DNA of 63,179 nucleotides, counting the filler, from Reticulomyxa filosa (taxonomy: Eukaryota > Protista > Foraminifera), in the NCBI GenBank assembly GCA_000512085.1. It is 13 parts of 13 records of this genome, joined end to end, with 100 filler letters (N's around TTAATTAATTAA, not from the genome) between each part and the next. Parts side by side here need not be neighbours in the genome. Positions count along the whole stretch, not along the records: positions 37,782 to 41,024 come from ASPP01004374.1; positions 41,125 to 46,488 come from ASPP01019358.1; positions 46,589 to 61,564 come from ASPP01003886.1; 10 more parts are not named here. One strand, given 5' to 3'. The position numbers and the translations under genes are program-made. Below the pieces are notes generated by a model. That model did no database searches. It had not been told where the DNA came from and saw nothing but the letters and a program-made list of their open reading frames with translations. Below are positions 40,352-51,614 of the stretch, in pieces. Position 1 is the stretch's first letter; every line of letters begins with the position of its first letter.

Positions 40352-40730
40352 CACAGATTGTGTACCGGTCTACGACAATAAAAAATATTTCAAATCAAAA
40401 TATTTGTTGTTTGGAAGGGATTTTCGATACAAAAAAAAACTTTAAAACAAGCTACCCGTTACCAGTCAATATATTAGAAGCTACGATATTATGTTGACAA
40501 TATGTTTTTTTTTTGATCTAACTAAAAATTGATTGACCTTAAAAAATTCGACGATTGAATCTCAAGACACAGGATAATACAACTGACGTGAATTAAACGT
40601 TGACTGTTTGGAAAGATGTTATTAGGAGCATGTAAGTCAAAAGTTTAAACAGTTTTGCATTCAACTTGGAAAAAAAAAAGGAAAACTGAGCAACCCAATT
40701 ACATACGTATTTTATTCACATTGAGTAGGT

Positions 40731-40972
40731 TTAATCTTTGTGTATTTTTGCACTCTTTTTACCGTTTTCCTGGATTTGTCGTAAGACATCCTTGTTTGTT
40801 TCTATGCAAGGTTTTGCATCATCTGACAATTGGCCATTCGCAGCCAAAATTTTTTGGACTGGATACATTTGATCAGAGTAGTTCTTGTCAATCAAAGCGT
40901 GCCACGAAGTAGCATAGGGATAGTTGTAACCATAAAATGCGTCCATGATGCCAGAAGACCCAAAGTTTCCCC
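40731..40972 (-). CDS. Last exon of an unidentified gene
   Basis: Coding-like ORF following a poly-A/AG acceptor near the contig edge. Confidence 0.4.
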
Positions 40973-41024
40973 CTCTGTTTTTTTTTTTTTTTTTTGATAA
41001 TGTATGAGTGTATGTGCAACATAA

Positions 41025-41124
41025 NNNNNNNNNNNNNNNNNNNNNNNNNNNNNNNNNNNNNNNNNNNNTTAATTAATTAANNNNNNNNNNNNNNNNNNNN
41101 NNNNNNNNNNNNNNNNNNNNNNNN
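41025..41124. other. Artificial contig-joining spacer
   Basis: N44-TTAATTAATTAA-N44. Confidence 0.97.
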
Positions 41125-41821
41125 TTTTTTTTTTTTGGAGACCAAACTGAAATTGAATGACACTTTTTCGCAAAACAAAATTAAAGTCAAAACAATAGGA
41201 AAAACGATAAGAAAAAAAAAAAGTGTTGTGCATGAAAAGTTAATAGGATAAGTCAAACCAGTGTATAATCGACTAAACATCTGCCTACCTCATATTGATT
41301 GTCTGATGGCGCCAGTGATGAGCAAGGTCCCTCTGGGCAGTAAGATCTTGTGCAGCTTAAATGTTGCTTAAATCTAGGAAGCAGATCCAGGCAGTCAAAT
41401 GTAATTGGCGGAAAATAATAACATCTAATCAGCAATGATTAGTTTTTTTTCATTTTTTTCATTTTTTAATCAAAAATATCATCATTTTACTAATTTTTTT
41501 CAAAAATATCATGAAATTTGATGCAGAAATGTAATTTTGAATGAAAAAAAATGTTATTTTGAGAATTGCGAATATATTTTATCTAGTACTGAACACACAA
41601 CGAAAGAAATCATATTTTTATAAAGAAAAAAAGTAAATTTACATTATCTGAAAACAACACGCACATAAAAAAAAGGAGTCATTATCACTATTGTAGGGTA
41701 AGCACATACTGTAGACGTCTGAACTCTAAAAGGCCCGAGGAGTCCCCAGTAGGTTAAACTTCTTCAAAACTCTTTTCACTTCTTTTGTTTCTTTATTAGA
41801 CACAAAGCATTGATCTTTTAT

Positions 41822-42333
41822 TTAATACTTAACAGGCAGGCTACTGTGATTAACAAATGTGCATGTATTCAAGTTAAATACACTTATATTTTTTGGCCAA
41901 TGAGTGATAAACAGCAAATGGTCCGCACTGCCAATAATTACTGCACGCGCTCCATCATAATAACCTTCATCACTACCAATGATAACTTCTTCTTTTTCAC
42001 TATTATATAAAGGGAGCCATTGATTGTACTGTCTCTTCTTTGTAATATTATCATCACTATTGTCCAAACACTCACATATTTCATTATCAATGTATGTTTC
42101 ATCTGTCCACCAAACGACAACAAAGTAATATTGTCTTCATTGTTATCGTTTATAAGCTTCACTACGCAGTGGTCCAATAGCTTAACATTGTCTGGGTAAG
42201 AACAAATATAATTATATTGCCCTTTGGTTGTATGATAGGAAAAACATCTGTTATCTTTATAACTCCCACAAATAAGAATTTCATCTTTGAAAGCCACACA
42301 TTGGGCTAACTGAAGCGAAATTTGTAACTCCAC
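41822..42333 (-). pseudogene. Truncated, frameshifted inverted paralog of the adjacent Kelch-like gene
   Basis: FKDEILICG...CFSYH...ICSYP...ITLLSFGG...MKYVSVW/ and AVIIGSADHLLFITHWPKNISVFNLNT match the ORF at 42525; frameshift near 42067. Confidence 0.8.
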
Positions 42334-42524
42334 CTTGAGTCCCTCCGTTTTTTAAAAAATAACAACTGGATTTGCTTTCTATGTGTCTCAAAGCGTAAAA
42401 TATGATTGTGAAAGTATTATTTATTTAAATTTATTCGGTGTTATGTCACAAAATTTAGTTAAAAATAGACACATTTTTGTTCAGTTCTGGTTAAAAAAAC
42501 TATAATAATACAAAATACAAAAAA

Positions 42525-44848
42525 ATGGACAGCGATATCGAATCAAAACAAATATTGGATACAAATGACCTCTCTGTCTTTGGATATTTACCTCCTTTGC
42601 CTGTATCCTTAAATAAGAGCCAATATATACTCTTCAAAGACGAAATTCTCATATGCGGAGGACAATACAAACGAGATTGTTATTCATACCACATAGTCAA
42701 AAATCAGTACAAGCTTATTTGTTCTTATCCAAAGAAAGTTGAATTGTGGGCACATAGCGTGGTGAAGCGTGTAGATAATAAAAATCCAAATACGATTACC
42801 TTATTATCCTTTGGTGGACAGCCTGAGCAGCAAGTTAAATATGCAATGGTGATGAAATATGTAAGTGTTTGGGATGAAAATGATAAAAAAGATAAAGATA
42901 AAGATGAGCTATATAATCAATGGACCCCTTTAATTGATAAAGACAAGAATGAAATTTATATTGGTAAAAATGAAAGCAATTATTGGGGAGTATGTGCCGT
43001 AATTGGTGGAAGTAATGATCATTTGTTGTTTATTTCGTATCGTCCAAAAAATATTGATGTGTTTAATTTGAATACATTTCAATATGTGAATGAAAGCACT
43101 TTACCAACTGATAATGGCGATATATGTTATCATTGTTTTTTGCCAACAATGAAAAAAAAAAATGAAATGATATTGTTTTGTAAAAAGACAGGATTTCTGA
43201 TTGAATACGATGAACAGCATAATACATTTCAATTTCAAAATTTGTATGTCTGTGCATCGCTTAGGACATTGGCCAGCTACATACATGTGTATATAGATGA
43301 TTGCATTTTATTCTTTGGTGGACATTCTTTGTTCTCAGAGCCAGTCAATACTGTTTATAAGTATTCAATACAAGAAAAGCAATGGATGAAATTTGAACAG
43401 ACTTTGCCCATGAAATTGAGCAATGGTGGTGCAATTATGAATGGAGATAATACATACATTCATATTTTTAGCAGAGACAATGAAGCGGAAACAGCGACAA
43501 AACATGTTAGGACAAAGGTGGAATATTGGATGAAAGAACCAACAGCGCAAGAAAGGGAGTGGACTTCGAACGAGAGCGAAAGAAATGAAATTGAAGAAAT
43601 GAAATTTGAAGTGGAGAGAATGAAAGAAGAAATTGATCTAAGAGAGTTGAGAGTTATGGAGCAGTTTGTTCATTTGTTTGTTCATTTTTTTGTTTGTTTG
43701 TTTGTATAATAACATCAACAACAACAACAACAAAACAATAGAGACAAAAAGAAATCAAAGTGACACTTCGATATTGGATTCGATCTTTTTTTATTAATAA
43801 AGGATGGATTAATGATTTTGACAATCTTATTTCACGCTATATTCTAGTTTGTTTGAATCCATTTTTTTTTAAAAAACTTTTTCTTTAAAAAAATTATATA
43901 TGTGTATATGTATACATACATATCTCATTATATTATTTACGATAGATGAGATATTTCAAACTACTGAAAGCCTTTCAAACAAGTACTGAAGAGAATAGTA
44001 TAAATCTTTCACCTGACGGAACTAAGATTGTTTTGTCTTCATCTGACAATCTGATTCGTGTATTGGATATAAAAACTGAACATGAAATTAATGTTTTTAA
44101 AGGACATTCAAAGCAAGTAAATGATGCAGAATTTTCACCAGATGGAAATATGATTGTGTCATGTTCGGTGGATAAGACAATTCGAGTATGGGATTTGAAC
44201 TCAAAACAGGGAATGAAAATATTAATAGGACACTCAGACAGTGTAACAAGAGCACAGTTTTCATCTGATGGTAACTTTATTGTGTCGAGCTCATTAGATA
44301 CAACAATTCGATTGTGGGATGTAAATAATGGAAAAGAAATAAAATGTTTGGAAGGACATACGAAATCAGCACAGGGTGTACAATTTTCATTGAATGGACA
44401 AACAGTCATATCGGCGTCAATGAATAATACAATTGAAATATGGGATATTAAATCTGGTGTTAAGACTAATGTATTGAAGGACAATGGAGCTACTATTATT
44501 GGAGTACAGTTATCTTGGGATTCACTTTTTGTTTTATCTTATTCAAAAGACAAAGTAATTCAAGTATGGGATATTGCTTCAGGAAAAAAAATTAAACAAT
44601 TGGCAGAACACAAAAACAGGATAATAAATGCAAAATTTCTTCCTGGCAGTCAAGCTATTGTATCATGTTCGGATGGAGGCAAGCTTCGTTTGTGGGATAT
44701 AAAAACTGAACAAGAGTATCAGGAGCTGATACGTCATTCTAATTTTGCAAAAGGGATAGGTATTTCAGCAGACGGTTGCACAATTGTGTCATATTACGCT
44801 GATAAAACAATTCGATTATGGAAACTAATTACAAAGATTTGCAACTAA
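42525..44848 (+). CDS. Kelch-like beta-propeller + short helical motif + WD40 repeat protein, about 711 aa
   Basis: Exons 42525-43652, 43742-43846 and 43946-44848 splice in frame. Kelch-type GG motifs; about 7 GH..WD repeats (FSPDGNMIVSCSVDKTIRVWD). Confidence 0.88.
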
Positions 44849-45530
44849 CTTAAAAAAAAACAAAACAAACACAACACACAAAACAAAGTTATTCCAATTT
44901 TAACATTGAATCATCTTTGTAAAGATATAATATTTCTTTTTTTAAAATCAAATTAAAGATACTCACACTTAACCAAATTTGTATGAGGTAAATGGACGTG
45001 CATTTGAAAATATTGTATGCTCATAAATCAAAAAAAAAAAGCACGAGTTCGGAAAAAAAAAAAAAAAATCAGCCAAGAAAAAAATTAATGTGTCTTGAGA
45101 GTTTCAGATCCGGGACCTAACAAACGACCTGTATGCTAGAAAAAGCTTCAGATTGCAAAATGTAGTGTTTCCAAAAAAAAAAAAAAAAATCCAACAAGGA
45201 TTTTTCTCTCATATTTTTTTCATTTATTTTTTGAAATGGAATAAAATTGAAAAATCTTCGTAAAGAGTCAGCAAATCCTATTTTTTTAATCTCTTTAGAG
45301 GTTTACAAAGTGCCAACATATCCAAAAAAAAAGTGTCCTTCCCTCCCTTTCCTCTTGGTATTCTATAAAAAAAAGACAATCAAAAAGCTACACTAAAAAA
45401 GAAAAATCAAACAAAACAACACATACAAAAACTTTGAAGGGAACTGACCATGCATTTTTTTTTTGGTTAAGAAAATAAAGTGAACAACATTCACTCCCTC
45501 CCCTTCTCCCGTCTTATTGCAACAGTATAG

Positions 45531-46488
45531 TCACCCACTATTTGTACACAAACAAAACCGCTCGTAATATTTATTTGTAAATTTAAATGTCAATAAAATA
45601 GCAGTACTGCGCACGCAAGTGTCGAAAGAAACAGGGACTAATAGATAATCGTACATCAACGGTATGAAGTCGAATGCATATGCGATGAATGTGAAAATTT
45701 GTGCTAACATAAACAACCAAAAGATTTTTTTAATAAATTTACGCAAGCCAACTCTTGTTTCAGCTGAAACGTCAGGATTTTTAGCCAACTGTTTAAAATA
45801 GCAAAAATGTAAAAAGGAGTACGTTGATCAAGAAGTACTTTTTTTTTTTTTTTTGGTTTGATCAAAACTTGGAATAATTTGTAAGTGAAGATAAAAAATA
45901 AAAATGAGTAACCACGTAATGTCGATCGACATGCAACCAATTTTAAGTCCACGTAGCACATTGTCCGCAAAATTGCAACTGTGAAATCGACCATATGCAA
46001 CACGTGCAGTCATAAGGGTCACGTACGTAGGTACGGGCAAATACACGATAATGAACCGAAGCCATTTGGGCAATCGGAACACACTATCTTTGAATAATGT
46101 GTCGATACGTACTGCAAAAAATGCATATAATGTCGGACGAGCATAGGACAAAATCAACATTGAGTAATAAGAACCAGGACATGGGCTTGCTTGTGCTGTT
46201 GCATATACAATTTGCTCGATTAGAGTCATTATCCCAAATATAATTGCACTAATGATGTACAAGGTCAGAAACCACTTTAACATTTTGCTGATGTCACTTT
46301 TTTCTGTTTTTGGGGATGAAGGTCTTAAATCAGCTGGTTCTCCTGGCGAAGTTGGCCCAGAAAGACTATATGCTCTCATCGATTTGACGAGTTGTGTCTC
46401 AGGCCATAGATTCTTCAGCACGACCACCAACAAAAACACCAAGTACATAACACAGCACCAAATAAATACAAAAGACACAATGAAGCCC
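45531..46488 (-). CDS. Seven-transmembrane (GPCR-like) membrane protein, 5'-partial
   Basis: Seven hydrophobic segments; Cys before TM3 and in the loop after TM4; Arg at the end of TM3 (FFAVRI); C-terminal YYERFCLC. Apparent frameshift in a homopolymer near 45895. Confidence 0.65.
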
Positions 46489-46588
46489 NNNNNNNNNNNN
46501 NNNNNNNNNNNNNNNNNNNNNNNNNNNNNNNNTTAATTAATTAANNNNNNNNNNNNNNNNNNNNNNNNNNNNNNNNNNNNNNNNNNNN
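46489..46588. other. Artificial contig-joining spacer
   Basis: N44-TTAATTAATTAA-N44. Confidence 0.97.
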
Positions 46589-49500
46589 TGTTAATAATCG
46601 AAGATTAACTTCGAACTTCTTTCAGATACTGCTAGACGTTGCAGTATCTAGTTGTTCTGTCCTTGTCTTCCTTCAAAATATAACTTTTTTTCAAAAGTTT
46701 ATCTCGATATTGAAGGATGTTTAAATGAATTTTTTTTGTCGATCATTATTTCATCATTATTAATCGATGATTGACTGTTCTTGCAATTTGACTTGCGACT
46801 GCATAAGGTAATTATAATAATGAATCGCCAGTCGATTTACCATTATGCTTTGTTCTTCCATAAGCCTTTAAACTATTATTTTCTTTCGCAATTATTTGCA
46901 TCCTTCTTATTGATTCTCTCAAATTACTTAATAACAATAACAAAATTCCAATTAATATTCCCATTGAAGTTACGATCAAGTTCAATAAATAATGTCAGGA
47001 AATTTCCAGAAAATATTTGCATTATAATTTTTCTGGAAAACACATTCTTGTTCTTTAATACAATAAACTTGCCGATTTAAGTAGTTATTTTTTTACTAAC
47101 CGATGTCCATAGTTGATAATTTACATCTTTTATATTTAATATAGAAAAATAAACAACTTATTTAAAATACATATATTGAACTTGCTTCAAAGTGGTGTAT
47201 ACTTGCATCGCTGCTAACACATGGAAATCCCAGTATTTTGTATCTTTCAATTGGTAAACTCACGACCAAAAGCATGTATTAATTAAACTTGATCGACTCT
47301 ATGTTAATCTGTACATTCTACGCGCGATTTGTGCTTGCCTTGTAACAAATAGATTTTTTTTAGCTGAAAGTTGAGACCTAATTCTAGTTAAAAGAGCACC
47401 TCGTTCCAAAAGGAACACATGTCAAATAAAACAAAAGTAAAGAAAAAGATCTACAAAATTGTTAAAACTCACTTACAATCATTGTTTTTCTCGGACTTGT
47501 CCGTTTCTGTTTGTGTACTAGTTCCGTTTTCTTGATTATTGTTATTGTCGTTATTGTCACTATTGTTCGTGTTCGCATTTGCGGCATTGTTTATACTCGC
47601 ACCAGATGAATCGTTGGTATTCGTATAACTGTCTTGGTAATAGCCGATCAAAATAACTACATATTGTACAGATATACACTTAAGCATTGATCTATACGTT
47701 ACAATGCTTTTCTATTGTCGACAATATATATTCGTTTGACATATTCAAACGGCAGCCACAAATGTACTGATGTTATTTCGTTATTATCTAATGCTTTTAC
47801 CACATTTTCCCAAATGCTGTTCATGGTACGATTGTAATGTGTAATTGTTAAATCGTTCGTTTCATCATGTTTCACTTCGTCTATTTGCAAAAACTTTGGA
47901 TATATTTCTCAATCTGTTATCCAAAAAGGATTGCTGAGGACGATATTTTTATGTTTTCAATTTTTTGTTATAATTTGCCATAATATGTTTTATGGCACTT
48001 GCATGTGTGTAAAAATTTTTTTTTTTGCTTCCTTTCCTTTGTGTCTTTCCCTTTTTCTCCTTCACTCCACTTTCTCTTCTATTACAGATTAGACCGCAGT
48101 TAGTTTTGTTTTGCTGTTTTAGTTTTTATGAAATTACAAAACGTAAGTACTCCCGCTATCATGATTCCAACAACTTACATTGATCCTCGTGTAGCCATTC
48201 ATGCGTTAAGTGTTTGTCCAGCAGTTTCTTCAGTTATATTTGATCACCTTCGTCCGCTAGTTCACTGTTGTTGATTGGACCGGGTTTTGGTACATCTCGC
48301 AAATGTAGATTTTCTAGTCCTCCTTCGAGTCATCATCCTTATGTATTTATAATGTAGTAAGTTGTTTAAGGTTTTTTTTTCTCTCATTACAACAACTCCG
48401 CTTGTGCATCTTAATTTGCTTGATCATTTACCAGTCTTTTTGCACCACACAAATATACACAACACACAGCTTTCTTATTGTATGCAGTGTACCCACCCAC
48501 GATTTGTACTACTTTGCGTATATGTGATACCAATCCTCTCCACGACCTGGATTTTATAACTAATTTTCTTGCATAATTCACGCTGCGTTTGCGGGACACC
48601 TCATTACCATTTTGGGTTTGTGTTTGTCCATGCTTTCTAAAATAAAATAATGCATCAATGCAATTAAAAGTAATGAATAAAGGGGAAAATTTGAAAGTCT
48701 TAGTCCTCTTTGGCGAAGTTGCGTGCAGACACAACTACTTTAAAAAAAAAAACGTTTTTTACTTGATCAAAAGTTAGTTGTCTTATAGCTGTCCTTTACA
48801 TCGCCAAATTTCATTCTGGTCTGTTGTTCTGAAATACCAATAGAAGTTCGTACTATCTTTAAAACTTTACATTAAAGTGTAACTCATACTTTTGCAGTTT
48901 TTTTAATGTATCAAAGTTTTGTTTCTTTAGTGTTATGTGCACCTCTACAGAATTGATTAAATACGAACATTCAAAAAGTATTGAAACGAAATAGAAAAAG
49001 TGTACCACTTTCATTTCAAAATGAAATAGAAAAAATATTTTTGGATTATAGTACTGTACATTACACTTCTTTACGCATTTTGGTAACTTATTTATTCACA
49101 CTAATTCAATTAACACAACTTTTTTGAATGAAGCATTTTTCATTTTTGCTACGTACATTGATTTCTCGAAATTTCTGTTCAACATAAGATTTTGTCTATG
49201 AATAAAAACTTCTTTAAAGATAATGAAATTTATCTTTGAAACAATTTTTAGGAAATAAAGTGCAAATTTAAGAATTGAATGTCAAAACACTGATATCCTA
49301 CAATAAAAATAAAACATGAGTTCTATCTGTTAAAATAGTTTTTTTTGCCATCCTTCATTTAACATCAATCTTAAAGATATTATTGCTAAAATAAGTATTG
49401 AATTGAAATGAAATTCAATGGACAGCTTAATAAATACTGAAGACAAGTCTTTTAGTCGGCCTGTAAGCGTAACAGCATAGAACCAGAGACGTTAGTATAC

Positions 49501-49699
49501 TTGAATGCATGTCATTTGTGAATTATGTTTTCCCAAAAGTTTATGACAAGCGACAGTACATTGAGGGGTGAATAGAACCGCTCAGCAGCGATAAATGTGG
49601 AATCTATTCAATTTGAGAAAGCGCTATCTTATTTTTGCGTGTATAGATTATAGAATTTAGTGCGTTTCACATTGTTTGGAGTCAAATCTACCTGATCGA

Positions 49700-50430
49700 A
49701 GAACATTAATATCATTTTTTGCAATCCATTCTTGTGTAGACTTCGATTTATGTTTTGTATCATTGTCATTTAAAAAATTATATCTTGTTTTTCCATTTGA
49801 TGCAATTCTAATGTTTTCATTAGTTCATCTCCTATAATTATTTGATACAATGCAGCATCTAGATTGTTATCAATTTACACAAAACCGACTCCATAACAAT
49901 CATACAGCACCATATCATGAAAGATCCCCCACCATGCTTTATTGTTGTAATTACATGACAATCTTGAATTGGTTTTCCACGTTTTCTCCAGAAATACTGC
50001 CTGCCATTTGAGTCAAACACTTACCTTCTTTCGTCTGACCACGCCACTTTCTACATTCTTCAATTGTCCAATTTATATAATTAATAGTAAATTTTCAACG
50101 TTTTTGACGATGTATTTTCTTAAGATATGTGGTTTTTATTTTTGATCTTCCACAATATAGGTGATGGAAAGGACTATCATTCATTCCAGTGGCTGTGGAA
50201 CATTTGCTAGATACAGTAACGTATCAACTTTCTTTCTAATCTAATGTCCATTTTTTGGTACTTCATTTTGTGTTTTTGGAAGGTTCGTATTACATCTAAT
50301 TACTGTTTTTCTTTTAATTTGACTTATTTTCCCAATATTAATGCCAGCTTCTTGCTTTATCTTTCGATAAGACAATCATTTTTTTAATAAAATTTCTACA
50401 AGCTTAGTTTCTGTATTCAATTGATTTCAT
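49700..50430 (-). mobile_element. Decayed Tc1/mariner (DD34E-type) transposase
   Basis: Manual translation: HTH LSYRKIKQEAGINIGKISQI; WTIEEC..AWSDE; SNGRQYFWRKRG...TTIKHGGGSFMIWCCM; IDNNLDAALYQII; IIF/DNDTKHKSKSTQEWIAKNDINVL. Many stops and frameshifts. Confidence 0.88.
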
Positions 50431-50852
50431 ACTAATTTTTTCTTATATTGTGTACCGTTTCAAAAATTCAAATTCATAATTTTTAAGTCAAATATAAATA
50501 TGCTCATATATTTTTAATACAGTACAACTTTATTACAACATCATCATAGAAAAATTACAATCAAATTTATGTTGATACAAGAGAAAAACTAAAAGAGATT
50601 TTTGCAACTTCCAATTTAAATGAGTTAAAGATGAATAAAATTATACATCGATTTATTTATAATAAAATAAAAAAATAATAGATTGAAAGAATTATCTTCT
50701 GATGAAATATAGACCAACAAGAAAAAATCAAGTAGACAATTTTGTGCAATTCGTTTGATAAAGTAAACTTTTCTATTCTCTGGCGCTTTTTTTGTTGTTG
50801 TTTATATTTGTTTGGAACAAAGAACATTATTTGAACATAAAAACATATACAC

Positions 50853-51210
50853 ATATTGTTGGATGGCTATATTCTCTTCAATAACAGCATGGTTATCTAG
50901 TTGCCCGGGAATACTAATTGCACTGCCTTTGAATCTTTGATTACAAAATATAAGCATCTGTTTAAAGTGCATTTAAAAAAATCGCGTAAAAATTTAAGTC
51001 ACCGTTCTAACATGAAAGTCTGCTTTCCAGGTCATTTAAGCAACCATTTTCCCTCACTTAAGATTCTTTGAATTGCGTCGTCAACATATGAATTGAAAAC
51101 GTCATGCCTCGTTTTGAAACACTCGTATATGTACTGATTTGCTTTAGCACTTTAAAAATGCTTCCGTTCTCCTTTTCCTTATCTTTGGTGAGCTTCTTTC
51201 TTCTTCGCTC
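50853..51210 (-). pseudogene. Divergent histone H2B pseudogene with an intron remnant
   Basis: SIFKVLKQISTYTSVSKRGM/DVFNSYVDDAIQRILSEGKWLLK*PGKQT...|IQ/KAVQLVFPG/QLDNHAVIEENIAIQQY aligns with the H2B fold (IYKVLKQV...ISxKAM.IMNSFVND...[21 protein letters not shown]). Confidence 0.8.
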
Positions 51211-51614
51211 TATTTCTATGAGTCTTTAAAATGACGTTTATTCTTTTTTTAAGCTCTTGTTTTTTCTTCGAAAATGTTAATTAATAAAATGCTCTACCAA
51301 AGAAACGTTAGTATAGTTTTAATTTAGTATCATTCCAGGATTTTGCATTCATTTTATTATTTAAAGAAATGGACGAATAATGATTTTTTGCACACACTCT
51401 ATACAATCAAAAAAAACTATTTTGAGTGAAAACAAAAAATTTGAAAATTTCTTGAAAACAACGTTTCATCCGAAGTAAATTTTGCGTGCAAAAAGACTTT
51501 CGTTGAGGTGAAACCAAACTATACTCTACAAACAAGAGCACCTCAACGGGAGTATCAAACAAACAAAAAAAAAGACGATTTTTTTTTTTTTGTGTGTATT
51601 GTGCTTGCTTTGGT

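Noticed and set aside
46589-47890. Coding-like decayed sequence, with a vague resemblance to a PIF1/Helitron helicase
   Set aside because: No unambiguous Walker or Rep motifs could be read.
49051-50525. GTACTGTA / TACAGTAC inverted pair flanking the Tc1 relic as candidate TIRs
   Set aside because: The match does not extend beyond 8 bp, too short to call.
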